Source of the DNA: an uncultured Bacilli bacterium
GTDB taxonomy: Bacteria; Bacillota_I; Bacilli_A; RF39; UBA660
Length of the DNA stretch: 64,000 nt
Direction of reading: 5' to 3'
NCBI GenBank assembly: GCA_934085595.1
Contig: CAKOHK010000005.1
Span: 12,147-76,146 of the forward strand
Shown: piece after piece, positions 46,241 through 56,255 of the stretch
Layout: each line of letters begins with the position of its first letter
Position numbering within the stretch: position 1 is the first letter of the stretch
Notes under the pieces: model-generated
Told to the model about the DNA's origin: nothing
Database searches by the model: none
What the model saw: the letters and a program-made list of their open reading frames with translations, nothing else
Position numbers and translations under genes: made by a program

Positions 46241-47527
46241 ATGAAGGAATTTGACTTTGAAAATAGACCAATAGTCGAAATTGCTAATGAAATTATATTA
46301 GATGCTGTAAGTAAAAATGCATCTGATATTCACTTTGATCCATATAAAGAAAAAGTAATCGTTAGAATTCGTATTGATGGTATGTTAAGTGATTATGCTA
46401 TTATACCTGGTTCTTATAAAAGAAACATGATTTCGCGTATAAAAATGATAGCTAATATGAATATTATGGAAACAAGACTTCCACAAGATGGTGCTATCAA
46501 AGGTAGATTTGGTAAAAAAGTATTAGACCTTCGTGTTTCTAGTTTACCTACTAATAATGGTGAAAAAGTAGTTATTCGTATTCTAGATTATTCTCAAAGT
46601 TCTAAAGGACTTGAAAATCTAGGATTTAGTAAAAGTAATTTAGAAAAAATAGAAAAAATGACTAAAATGCCTAATGGTATTATTCTTGTTACTGGTGCTA
46701 CTGGTACTGGTAAAAGTACAACTGTCTACTCTATTTTGCAAAAAATGAATACTGAAGATGTAAATATTATAACTGTTGAAGACCCAATCGAAATGGATAT
46801 ACCTGGTGTTAATCAAGTACAAGTACAATCAGAAATAGGTCTTACATTCGCAAACGTACTAAGAAGTATTTTACGTCAAGACCCAAATATAATAATGATT
46901 GGTGAAATTCGTGATAATGAAACAGCTAAAATCGCAGTAAGAGCTTCAATAACTGGACACATAGTACTATCAACAATACATACAAATAACTCATTAAATA
47001 CAATAGAAAGACTAGTTGATATGGATGTAGAAAAATACCTATTAGGTTCAGCATTAAGTGGTATCATATCACAAAAACTAGCAAGAAAACTTTGCCCTCA
47101 CTGTAGAATACTAAGAAAAACAAGTGATTACGAAAAAAATGTATTTAAAAAAGTATTAAATATTGATATAGATGAAATATATGATGCTAATAAAGATGGA
47201 TGTCCAAAATGTATGAAAGGATACTTTGGAAGAATTGCCCTATCTGAAGTATTACTTATAAATGAAGAAATAAGAGACGCTATTATAAACGGATATACAA
47301 AAGATAAATTAAGAAAATTAGTTTATTCTGACAAACATGTAATTACTCTTTTAGAGGATGGACTTGAAAAATGTAGAAACGGATTAACATCATTCGCAGA
47401 AATATTAAAAACAGTTGACTTAGAAAATGATATCTCAGCATATGAAGCAGATGACCTAAAAAGTAGTTTCAAAGATATAGAATATAAACAAAATAATAGT
47501 AATGAAATAGAATTTATAGAAATGTAA
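46241..47527 (+). CDS. GspE/PilB-family type IV filament assembly ATPase (short form, no N1 domain)
   Basis: 428 aa. ASDIHF, LPQDG, Walker A GATGTGKST, Asp box ITVEDPIE, Walker B IIMIGEIRD, His box STIHTN and the tetracysteine motif CPHC...CPKC. Confidence 0.85.
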   Translation: MKEFDFENRPIVEIANEIILDAVSKNASDIHFDPYKEKVIVRIRIDGMLSDYAIIPGSYKRNMISRIKMIANMNIMETRLPQDGAIKGRFGKKVLDLRVSSLPTNNGEKVVIRILDYSQSSKGLENLGFSKSNLEKIEKMTKMPNGIILVTGATGTGKSTTVYSILQKMNTEDVNIITVEDPIEMDIPGVNQVQVQSEIGLTFANVLRSILRQDPNIIMIGEIRDNETAKIAVRASITGHIVLSTIHTNNSLNTIERLVDMDVEKYLLGSALSGIISQKLARKLCPHCRILRKTSDYEKNVFKKVLNIDIDEIYDANKDGCPKCMKGYFGRIALSEVLLINEEIRDAIINGYTKDKLRKLVYSDKHVITLLEDGLEKCRNGLTSFAEILKTVDLENDISAYEADDLKSSFKDIEYKQNNSNEIEFIEM

Positions 47528-47575
47528 ATTCTTTTTTAATATCATATTCTCCCCAACTTAAAAGTATAATTTATT

Positions 47576-49480
47576 ATGAATAATATATTTGGATTTAAAC
47601 AAAACAAAAGAATTAAAATAATAATGCTTATATTTTTTATAATATTTTTATTTGTACTAATTAAAATATTTTATATTCAAGTAATAGAATATAAGAAAAT
47701 AAATACTTTAGCTAATGATTTATGGAGTAGAAATCTTCCAGTCGGAGCTGATAGAGGTAGAATACTTGATAGAAATGGTAAAGTTATTGTTGATAATAAA
47801 ACAGTTGCTTCCCTAGTTGTAGTTCCAAGTCAAATAAAAGATAAAAAAGATGCATCTAAAAAAATAAGTGAAATATTAAATGTATCTTATGATGAAATAT
47901 ATAAACATTTATCTAAAAAAACAAGTATAGAAAGAGTTCATCCTGAAGGAAGAAATCTTGATAGTGATATTGCTGATAAAATAAATAGTCTTAATATTGA
48001 TGGTGTTTATTTATTAAAAGAAAGCAAAAGAAATTATATTTATAAAGATTTATTATCTCATGTTATTGGTTATACTGGAATTGATAATCAAGGATTAAGT
48101 GGTCTTGAACTTAAATATGATACTACATTAACTGGTGTAAATGGTAGTATAAAGTATTATTCTGATGGTAAAGGAAACAGATTATCTTTATCTGAAAAAT
48201 ATGATACTCCTATAAATGGACAAGATATAAAATTAACAATAGATTTAGATATAGAACTTGCTCTTGAAAATGAATTAAATCTAGCTATGACAAAATATAA
48301 TGCAGAAGGAGCAATAGGTATAGTTATGGATCCAAATAATGGTGAAATACTAGCAATGAGTTCTAAGCCATCATTTGATCCCGCAAATTATAAAAATTAT
48401 ACAGAAGAAGTAATAAATAGAAACTTAGCTATATGGGCTAACTTTGAACCTGGTTCAACATTCAAAATAGTAACTTTAGCCACAGCTATAAACGAAAATA
48501 AAGTAAACTTATTTGAAGAACACTTTTATGATACAGGGGGTATTAAAGTAGAAAATGCTACCCTTCACTGCTGGAAAAGAAAAGGTCATGGTGATGAAAC
48601 ATTTCTAGAGGTAGTTGAAAACTCATGTAACCCAGGGTTCGTTGTACTAGGCCAAAGGCTCGGAAAAGAAACACTCTTTAAATATATTACTGCTTTAGGT
48701 TTTGGTAAAAAAACAGGAATAGATTTAAATGGTGAAGCAACAGGAATATTATTTAATCTTGATAAAGTTGGTCCAGTAGAACTAGCAACCACTTCATTCG
48801 GTCAAGGTGTAAGTGTAACTGCCCTTCAGCAAGTAGCAAGTGTAAGTGCTATCATAAATGGTGGAACTTATTATAAACCATATATAGTTAAAAAAATTGG
48901 TGACAAAGAAAACAAAGAAACTATAAAGAATGAAAATATTGTAACCAAAGAAACAACTAATCTAGTAAGGTATGCTCTTGAAAGTGTAGTAGCAAATGGT
49001 AGTGGTAGAAATGCTTATATTGAAGGCTATAGAATCGGTGGTAAAACTGGAACGGCACAAAAAGTAGGAACTAATGGTGCATATATGGATGGAAACTATA
49101 TTCTATCATTCATGGGATTTATGCCAGCAAACGATCCTAAATATGTAACATATATAGCACTTGACCACCCACAAGGAGTAACTCAATACGGAGGTGTAGT
49201 CGCTGCCCCAATCGCAAAAAATGTATTTAAACAAATAATATCAATATACGATTTAAAAGAAGATTATGAAGGCTTGCCAATGTCATATAGATGGGATGAT
49301 ATAAAATATATAACTATACCAGATATAACAGGAAAAGAATTAAAAGAAGCATCAAGAACTCTAAAAGCACTAGGATTAAATGTAGAATATACAGGTAATG
49401 GAAAAGTAATAGATACATCTCCTAAAATAAACTCAAGAGTAAAAGAAGGAAGCATAGTAAAACTATTATTAAATGAATAA
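47576..49480 (+). CDS. class B penicillin-binding protein (PBP2B-like transpeptidase) with one C-terminal PASTA domain
   Basis: 634 aa. N-terminal TM anchor. SxxK (GSTFK), SxN (NSCN) and KTG (GKTGTA) motifs. PASTA-like tail IPDITGKELKEASRTLKALGLNV. Confidence 0.85.
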   Translation: MNNIFGFKQNKRIKIIMLIFFIIFLFVLIKIFYIQVIEYKKINTLANDLWSRNLPVGADRGRILDRNGKVIVDNKTVASLVVVPSQIKDKKDASKKISEILNVSYDEIYKHLSKKTSIERVHPEGRNLDSDIADKINSLNIDGVYLLKESKRNYIYKDLLSHVIGYTGIDNQGLSGLELKYDTTLTGVNGSIKYYSDGKGNRLSLSEKYDTPINGQDIKLTIDLDIELALENELNLAMTKYNAEGAIGIVMDPNNGEILAMSSKPSFDPANYKNYTEEVINRNLAIWANFEPGSTFKIVTLATAINENKVNLFEEHFYDTGGIKVENATLHCWKRKGHGDETFLEVVENSCNPGFVVLGQRLGKETLFKYITALGFGKKTGIDLNGEATGILFNLDKVGPVELATTSFGQGVSVTALQQVASVSAIINGGTYYKPYIVKKIGDKENKETIKNENIVTKETTNLVRYALESVVANGSGRNAYIEGYRIGGKTGTAQKVGTNGAYMDGNYILSFMGFMPANDPKYVTYIALDHPQGVTQYGGVVAAPIAKNVFKQIISIYDLKEDYEGLPMSYRWDDIKYITIPDITGKELKEASRTLKALGLNVEYTGNGKVIDTSPKINSRVKEGSIVKLLLNE

Positions 49481-49514
49481 GGATTAAATAAACAAATTAT
49501 TTAATCCTTTAACT

Positions 49515-50864
49515 TTATAAAAACATTGCCATATATAATGGTAAATACACAATATCATCTTCTACTTTTAAATCTTTTGTATGAAGAACATATCTTGTTC
49601 CAACATTCTTTTTATATTTATTTTTAAATCTATCAATTGATGTATGTTTTTTATAATCCCCAGATTTTACTTCAATAGGATTTATTTTCTTATCTTGTAC
49701 TATCAAGAAATCAACTTCCATATTATTTTCTATAACATCATTATCATTCTTAGAATAATAAAATAATTCATATCCATTTGCTTTTAATGTTTGAGCAACA
49801 TAATTTTCCATAATCATTCCTTCATTAACATTTAATTTATCAAATAATATTGCTTTATATATTTCATTGTCTACAAAAGGTTTATTTATAAATGCTTGTG
49901 TTACTAATAGTCCAACATCAGATTGATAACATTTATAATTACTTTCATCTTTAGTAAGTGCAAGAGATACACTAGGATCTGTAACATTATTACATAGTAC
50001 AATTATTTTAGCTTCATCTAACCACTCAAGCTCGTTTTCATAATTTTGATTTCTTGCACTTTTATCTATTGAAGATAATTTATATTTTTTACTTCCATTA
50101 GATAATTGTCCTGGTATATTATCATACATTCTAACAATTTTTTTACTGTTATCTCCATATTTATTTATGTCTTCATGATATAAAGATAGTATATCTCTTT
50201 TTCTATCATCTACTTTATCAAAGCTTTTTGTTTTAATATATTCAAGTACAGCCTGAGGCATCCCACCAACAAGTACATAGGTCCTAAAATCTTTCATAAT
50301 TCTTTTATGAGCTATATCTACTTTTGTTTTATTTTCATAACATTGTTTCAAAAAAGGAATAGTAGCATTATCTCCAAGAGCCCACAAAAATTCTTCAAAA
50401 TCAAGCGGATACATATTAATCTTTTTCTCTTCTGAAGGTATTATTATATTCTGTACATTCTTTTTAATAGATATTAAAGAACCAGTTTCTAAATAATCAT
50501 ACCTTCCATCAGCAACTAAATATTTAATTAATGATCTAGCTTCAGGACAAAATTGAACTTCATCAAATATTATTAATGATTTTCTTACAGGTAAAATTTT
50601 TCCATAAAAAGATTGAAGTTTTTGTAATATTAAATCAATATCACTTCTTTCATTTATAAATAAGTTTTTAATTTCAAGAGGTGCAATATTAAAATCTATT
50701 AGTATATACTCTTCATACTCATTTTTAGCAAACTCTAAAGCAATAGTACTTTTTCCAATACGTCTAGCACCTTCAATCAATAATGCAGTTTTCCCATTAC
50801 TTTTATTTTTCCAATCAAGCATCTCATTATATATTTTTCTTTTAAAATATATCTTATCATCCAT
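49515..50864 (-). CDS. AAA-family ATPase with C-terminal DUF4143 / PD-(D/E)xK-like domain
   Basis: 449 aa. Walker A GARRIGKST and Walker B LIIFDEVQ. C-terminal EVDFLIVQDKKINPIEVKSG nuclease-fold-like motif. Confidence 0.7.
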   Translation of the reverse strand: MDDKIYFKRKIYNEMLDWKNKSNGKTALLIEGARRIGKSTIALEFAKNEYEEYILIDFNIAPLEIKNLFINERSDIDLILQKLQSFYGKILPVRKSLIIFDEVQFCPEARSLIKYLVADGRYDYLETGSLISIKKNVQNIIIPSEEKKINMYPLDFEEFLWALGDNATIPFLKQCYENKTKVDIAHKRIMKDFRTYVLVGGMPQAVLEYIKTKSFDKVDDRKRDILSLYHEDINKYGDNSKKIVRMYDNIPGQLSNGSKKYKLSSIDKSARNQNYENELEWLDEAKIIVLCNNVTDPSVSLALTKDESNYKCYQSDVGLLVTQAFINKPFVDNEIYKAILFDKLNVNEGMIMENYVAQTLKANGYELFYYSKNDNDVIENNMEVDFLIVQDKKINPIEVKSGDYKKHTSIDRFKNKYKKNVGTRYVLHTKDLKVEDDIVYLPLYMAMFL

Positions 50865-50900
50865 AAAAACACCTTCTTTCTACAATACATTTTACGCTAT

Positions 50901-50982
50901 AATTAACATTTTGACAAGATAAATCAACCAAATTTTAACGTTTTGACGACATAAAGCAGCCAAATTTTAACATTTTGACGAG
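50901..50982. repeat. three direct ~20-nt repeats with exact 32-nt period upstream of the AAA/DUF4143 gene
   Basis: AATTAACATTTTGACAAG (50901), AATTTTAACGTTTTGACGAC (50931) and AATTTTAACATTTTGACGAG (50963). The TAAC cores lie at 50904, 50936 and 50968. Confidence 0.8.
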
Positions 50983-51002
50983 ACCAGTATCTCCATAACA
51001 TA

Positions 51003-51030
51003 AAAAAACTACCTCATCTGGTAGTTTTTA
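51003..51030 (-). terminator. rho-independent terminator after the ABC ATPase gene
   Basis: Stem aaactacc / ggtagttt with loop tcatct, flanked by A/T runs. Confidence 0.55.
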
Positions 51031-51037
51031 TGTCATA

Positions 51038-51766
51038 TTATAAATCTTTAACTTTAGATAAAAACTCTTTTATTCTATCATCTTTAGGATTATTAAGTAC
51101 TTTTTTACATTCACCATATTCTATTATTTTCCCATCATCCATAAATATAACTTTACTAGCAAAATCTTTAATAAACTCTATCTCATGAGAAACAATAATC
51201 ATACTCATCCCTTCCCCTGCTATCTCTCTCATCAAACTAGTAACATCTCCCTTTACTTCAGGATCTAAAGCAGAAGTAGGTTCATCAAAAAGCATAAGTT
51301 TTGGCTTCATAATAAGTGCTCTTACTATAGAAGTACGTTGTTTTTGTCCTCCACTAAGTTCTCTTGGATAACTATTTCTTTTTTCATATAATCCTATTTT
51401 CTTAAGAAGTCTATATGCTTCTTTTTTAGCTTCTTCTTTACTCATAATTTTATGTTTAACAGGAGCTAATATAATATTATCAAGAACAGTCAAGTTCTCA
51501 AATAAATTATATTGCTGAAACACCATACCTATCTTACATCTATATTCATTTAAATTATCATCTTTATTAATCTTTTTACCTTCAAATATAATTTCTCCAC
51601 TACTAGGTTCTAAAAGATAATTAATACATTTAAGTAAAGTACTTTTCCCGCATCCACTAGGACCTATTATTCCAGTAACATCCCCCTCATTGATTTCAAA
51701 ACTAACTCCCTTAAGAACTTCTTTATTTTGAAACTTTTTCTTAAGTTTTTTAACTTCTAGTAGCAT
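51038..51766 (-). CDS. polar amino acid ABC transporter ATP-binding protein (GlnQ-like)
   Basis: 242 aa with intact motifs: GPSGCGKST, LSGGQKQR, LMLFDEPTSALD and VSHE. Confidence 0.9.
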   Translation of the reverse strand: MLLEVKKLKKKFQNKEVLKGVSFEINEGDVTGIIGPSGCGKSTLLKCINYLLEPSSGEIIFEGKKINKDDNLNEYRCKIGMVFQQYNLFENLTVLDNIILAPVKHKIMSKEEAKKEAYRLLKKIGLYEKRNSYPRELSGGQKQRTSIVRALIMKPKLMLFDEPTSALDPEVKGDVTSLMREIAGEGMSMIIVSHEIEFIKDFASKVIFMDDGKIIEYGECKKVLNNPKDDRIKEFLSKVKDL

Positions 51767-53198
51767 TAATCTTCACCTCCACTCTATTTACAAGCTTACT
51801 AAGTAAATAAGTAATTAATAAATATATAAGTGCTATTAATATTAATGGGAAGAAATAATCATAAGTACGAGAAGCTATAATATCACTTGCTTTAGTAAGT
51901 TCCATAATTCCTATATATGCTCCAACAGCTGTTTCTTTAACTAATGTAATAAACTCATTAAGTAAAGCTGGAAGTACATTCTTAATTGCTTGTGGAAATA
52001 CTATATTTTTAATAACTGTTTTATAGCTAAGTCCTAAAGCATATCCCGCTTCTATCTGTCCTTTATCTATAGAATTAAATCCACTTCTTATAATCTCCGC
52101 AACATACGCAGCACTATTAAGTCCAAAAGCAAGCACACCTACAAATAATATATTTATTGATACACTAGAAAATATTACATAATATATAATCATAAGCTGC
52201 AAAATACTAGGTGTTCCCCTAATAACAGTAATATATAATTTAGCAATACTATTAAGTATTTTAATCTTACCAGTATTATCATGATAATTACGTATAACAC
52301 TAAGTATAACACCTAAAACAACACCAACAATTATCGCAAGAACAGCCATTATAATAGTATTATAAAGTCCTTCTAAAATATATTTATATCTTCCATCATA
52401 TATAACACTATAATAAAACTTATCAAATATATTAGAGCGTTCACTCTTTTCTTCTACTGCCATATGTTTAATAATAAGTTTATCTATATCACCATTCTTA
52501 ACCATTCTATTTATTACAGTATTAACCGCATTAAGTAACTCTTCATTACCTTTCTTAACTACTATTCCATAGCTATCACTAGTAAGACTATCATTTAGTA
52601 TAATCATATCTCTATCAAGTAGTTTCTTAGCAGGTATCTTATCCATAACAACAGCATTAACTTTTCCATCTCTTAAATCCTGAATAGCTGCTAGATTCTT
52701 TTTCTCACGTACTATTTCTATATCACTATAATTCTCAGTTAAATAAGTATCTGATATACTTCCAAGTTGTACAGCAACCCTCCCATATAAATCACTTGGT
52801 TTCTTAATCTTACTATCATTTTTAACTATAATTACTTGTTCAGAAGTAGCATAGTTAACAGAAAAATCAACCTCAAGACTTCTTTCAGGTGAATATGATA
52901 TACCAGCAATACCCAAATCACTCTTTCCACTCTTAACTTCATTAATAATACTATCAAACGCAACATCTTTAACAACTAAATTACGGTTCAAATATTTAGC
53001 TATCTCTCTAGCAATATCAATATCAACACCAGTTATCTCACCATTAGAATAATATTCATATGGAGCAAACCCCGCTTCAGTAGCTATTGTTAAATCTCCA
53101 TTAACTTCTTCTCTTGTAAAATATCCACTAAGTACAAAAGAAGATAATATAAATACAAATACTAAAATTATTTTATTAAAATATTTTTTCATACACAC
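51750..53198 (-). CDS. fused amino acid ABC transporter substrate-binding protein + permease (GlnPH-like)
   Basis: 482 aa. Signal/anchor, then an SBP type-3 domain (ATEAGFAPYEY ... DLGIAGISYSPER), then a permease domain with an EAA-like loop (IEAGYALGLS). Confidence 0.8.
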   Translation of the reverse strand: MCMKKYFNKIILVFVFILSSFVLSGYFTREEVNGDLTIATEAGFAPYEYYSNGEITGVDIDIAREIAKYLNRNLVVKDVAFDSIINEVKSGKSDLGIAGISYSPERSLEVDFSVNYATSEQVIIVKNDSKIKKPSDLYGRVAVQLGSISDTYLTENYSDIEIVREKKNLAAIQDLRDGKVNAVVMDKIPAKKLLDRDMIILNDSLTSDSYGIVVKKGNEELLNAVNTVINRMVKNGDIDKLIIKHMAVEEKSERSNIFDKFYYSVIYDGRYKYILEGLYNTIIMAVLAIIVGVVLGVILSVIRNYHDNTGKIKILNSIAKLYITVIRGTPSILQLMIIYYVIFSSVSINILFVGVLAFGLNSAAYVAEIIRSGFNSIDKGQIEAGYALGLSYKTVIKNIVFPQAIKNVLPALLNEFITLVKETAVGAYIGIMELTKASDIIASRTYDYFFPLILIALIYLLITYLLSKLVNRVEVKINATRS

Positions 53199-53314
53199 CT
53201 CTACTATAATAATTCTAACATATTTTATATCTAGTGTAAAAGATAATTGATTTAAACTAATAAAAATGATATACTAAAAAAGTAATAATACAAAGATAGA
53301 AAAGTGAGGTATTT

Positions 53315-54973
53315 ATGACAAGAAAAATAGATTTTAATGGCAATGATGGTTGGGCTTATATCCCTGAAGGTGGTATTAACGAAGATACCAAGTTTCTTTT
53401 TACAGTTTATTGCTACGAAAGTCCAATCCAAAGTTATGATGATAATGTAGTAGTTATTTATAATACTTGCGTTAATGGCTTTGATCCAAAAGATCAAGCA
53501 AAGATAGATGGAATAATGCAGCAACTCGCACAAATGGAAGGACTATCTTACGTTCCTGAAATAGATGCTTATGCTGGTTTCTCTCAAGGATGTCAAGGAG
53601 CGTTAATGTATGGAACTACGTCTATTGATGAAAACACTCCTCCAAGAACTATAATACTATTTGATCCAAACGATTCAGCCCCATTAAACAATCACGATGA
53701 TGGTGGATTTGCAGATGCTGCTTGGCTATTAAAACCAGAAAACGCTGGATATCTTCAAAAAGTAAAAGAGAATGGAACTGCTATTATCGGACTTGAAAAA
53801 TTAGGCGAAGCAAATAACCAAGTTATGAGAAATAATTATGCTAAACTTGCTAAACAAGGAATACCAGTTATGCTTTGTATAAGAGACACTTACGACCATA
53901 GCGAAATTTTCACTGAAAGTATAGTAAATATAACCGGTCTTCTAAGCGGAGATGAAGATAAAGCACAAGCATTACTTAATCAATGTCAAGGAATATATGT
54001 ATGGGATGAATCTCTAGGAACAGATGGCAATTGGAAACAAATAACATCTACAGATGAAGTATTAGAGTTCTCAAGAGCAAACATCTACTCTTCTCTAGCA
54101 AACCTTGATGAAAAAGTAGTTTGTAATGATGAAGAAATAAAAAGTAAATTAGTAGAAATAAGAAAAGCAATAAAAAAGACAAGTTTTTTAACAGATACTT
54201 TCACGTATGAAGGAACAAGTACATCACAAATACCATCACTAGAAGCAGAAGATATGAAAACGGTAACAGATTCTATCGCTAAAGTATATCAAAAACTAGC
54301 ACATGATACAGAAGAAATAGCATTTATGTGTCAATTATATAAAATGGAAGATGATGAATTTGCAAAATATGCTCAAGAAATAAATGATGCATTAAAAGCT
54401 GCACAAGAAGCTGCAAGCAATTCCGGTGGAAGTTCTGGATATTACGGAGGCGGAGGCTACGGCGGTGGTGGCTACGCAGGTGGTGGAACTACCCCAGCAC
54501 CTTCAACTGATGATGAAGATAATAACAAAGATGACGAAAATAAAGATGATGAAAACAAAGACGACGAAAACAAAGATGATGAAAATAAGGACAATGAAAA
54601 CAATGAAGATTTAAGTGACATCACAACATCTGAGTTTGATGATTATTGGCCAGACTATGATACACTCGCATCAGATGAAGAAAAACTTGTTTACAACTGC
54701 GATGATGAATTTAAATTAATCGTACATACAGATGGTGATGAAGTAACAGGTCTTGAGCATATGTTCAAATTTGCAAATGATGATGAAGCGCTTGAAGGCT
54801 TAGAAAAAATAAAACAAGATTATAAAGAAGTTGATAATGTAGATAAAATAATACTTAACAATAATTTAATAAAAGTAATATTTAATAAACTTGCATTCAA
54901 AAACTTAACAAGAGAAGATGCAAAAGCAATGTATGAACACCTAGGAGAAATAACAAAGGATGATTCAAAATAA
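53315..54973 (+). CDS. hypothetical protein: N-terminal alpha/beta-hydrolase-like region (GFSQG elbow), helical middle, Gly/Tyr-rich + acidic DDENK repeats, C-terminal domain
   Basis: 552 aa with GTGAGG RBS and no signal peptide. AYAGFSQGCQGALMYG resembles the GxSxG nucleophile elbow of the carboxylesterase/phospholipase family. The rest is unrecognised. Confidence 0.5.
   Translation: MTRKIDFNGNDGWAYIPEGGINEDTKFLFTVYCYESPIQSYDDNVVVIYNTCVNGFDPKDQAKIDGIMQQLAQMEGLSYVPEIDAYAGFSQGCQGALMYGTTSIDENTPPRTIILFDPNDSAPLNNHDDGGFADAAWLLKPENAGYLQKVKENGTAIIGLEKLGEANNQVMRNNYAKLAKQGIPVMLCIRDTYDHSEIFTESIVNITGLLSGDEDKAQALLNQCQGIYVWDESLGTDGNWKQITSTDEVLEFSRANIYSSLANLDEKVVCNDEEIKSKLVEIRKAIKKTSFLTDTFTYEGTSTSQIPSLEAEDMKTVTDSIAKVYQKLAHDTEEIAFMCQLYKMEDDEFAKYAQEINDALKAAQEAASNSGGSSGYYGGGGYGGGGYAGGGTTPAPSTDDEDNNKDDENKDDENKDDENKDDENKDNENNEDLSDITTSEFDDYWPDYDTLASDEEKLVYNCDDEFKLIVHTDGDEVTGLEHMFKFANDDEALEGLEKIKQDYKEVDNVDKIILNNNLIKVIFNKLAFKNLTREDAKAMYEHLGEITKDDSK
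54509..54610 (+). repeat. in-frame 15-nt tandem repeat encoding (D-D-E-N-K)n
   Basis: gatgacgaaaataaa / gatgatgaaaacaaa / gacgacgaaaacaaa / gatgatgaaaataag... It is preceded by the locally GC-rich Gly/Tyr tract GGSSGYYGGGGYGGGGYAGGG (about 54425-54490). Confidence 0.85.
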
Positions 54974-54986
54974 TGAATCACCCTTT

Positions 54987-56255
54987 TTATTTAACAGTTT
55001 TAAGAATACACTTATTATCATAATTAATTTTATTTAAAACATCCATGCACTTTTCATAAGATAAATCTTTTATAATAGAATAATCATTAAAATCTATCTT
55101 TCCAAACCTAGTAAGTTCATCTGTTATCTTATATTCAACATCTTCTATATTATCAAAAGTAACAATATAATTTTTAATAAGTCTCTTTTTAAATATTTCA
55201 AACTTCTCTTTTGATACATCTAACTTTCTAATATCTTTATCTATTTTATCTATAAATAAATCATTATCATCACACATGCCTTCTACAACAATACTAATAT
55301 ACTCGTCACTAACATTAGCGTAAGCTCCCATACTATGTATAATATTATCTTTTTTATATTCTTCATATAATTTAGATATATAAGTAAAATTAATCTTTAA
55401 TATAATATTTAAATATATAATAAGTTCTTGATCACTTATCTTCCCAAATACACTCTTTTTCATCTTATAACCTATATTACATCTAGGTTCATAATTATCT
55501 TTTGATATTTCTTCATATTCACAATAAACTTTTTCTTCTTCTTTCTCTTCTATTCTCTTAGGAACTTTACTATCAACAAGTTTAATCTTACTATAATACT
55601 CTTTAATAGTATTCATAACACTATCATTATTAAAATTACCACATACTACTATAAACGTATTACTAGGAACATAAAAATCATGATAAAGCATATCTAAATA
55701 CTTATAATCTATTTTTTCTATATCACTCTTTTCACCAATTATATTATATTTACTAGAACTTTTATTATACATATTATTAAATATTCTATCATGCATAAAT
55801 ACTTCTAGTTTATCTTTATTCATATCTATTTCTTCACCAATAATCCCCTTTTCTTCTTCAACATCATTCTTTCTAAACTTAGCTTTATAAAATATATCTA
55901 AAAGAATATTTATATTCTCCTCTATATTAACACTACCAAATATATTATAGTTAGTAGCGTATTTACTAGTCCAAGCATTCGCAAGACTACCAAGAGAATT
56001 AATCTTATTACTTACATTTTTATCTTCACCAACAATCATAACTCTATGTTCTAAAAAATGAGCACTACCAGGAATAATATCTATAATCTTATTATCTTTC
56101 TTATATTTAGTATACTTAGCCCCAAAATTAACACTAATAGTTACATAGAAGTTCTTAAAACTTTTTTTATTATATAAATATACATCTATCCCATTATCTA
56201 AAGTTTCTTTATATAGTTTTTCATTTACTTTTTCAAATATTAATTCTTCCATCAC
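54987..56255 (-). CDS. M16 (pitrilysin/insulinase) family zinc peptidase, active-site-bearing subunit
   Basis: 422 aa with the inverted zinc motif HFLEH (HxxEH) near the N-terminus. Confidence 0.75.
   Translation of the reverse strand: MMEELIFEKVNEKLYKETLDNGIDVYLYNKKSFKNFYVTISVNFGAKYTKYKKDNKIIDIIPGSAHFLEHRVMIVGEDKNVSNKINSLGSLANAWTSKYATNYNIFGSVNIEENINILLDIFYKAKFRKNDVEEEKGIIGEEIDMNKDKLEVFMHDRIFNNMYNKSSSKYNIIGEKSDIEKIDYKYLDMLYHDFYVPSNTFIVVCGNFNNDSVMNTIKEYYSKIKLVDSKVPKRIEEKEEEKVYCEYEEISKDNYEPRCNIGYKMKKSVFGKISDQELIIYLNIILKINFTYISKLYEEYKKDNIIHSMGAYANVSDEYISIVVEGMCDDNDLFIDKIDKDIRKLDVSKEKFEIFKKRLIKNYIVTFDNIEDVEYKITDELTRFGKIDFNDYSIIKDLSYEKCMDVLNKINYDNKCILKTVK

Noticed and set aside
50901-50982. Possible mini-CRISPR or tRNA-like element in the 50865-51037 intergenic region.
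   Set aside because: There are only three imperfect ~20-nt repeats separated by ~12 nt. This is far from CRISPR geometry and shows no cloverleaf potential. It is kept as a regulatory-repeat observation instead.
53252-53533. Minus-strand 93-aa ORF overlapping the start of the 53315 gene and the divergent promoter region.
   Set aside because: It overlaps a longer plus-strand ORF that has a good RBS. Its product is hydrophobic and low-complexity, and there is no start context.
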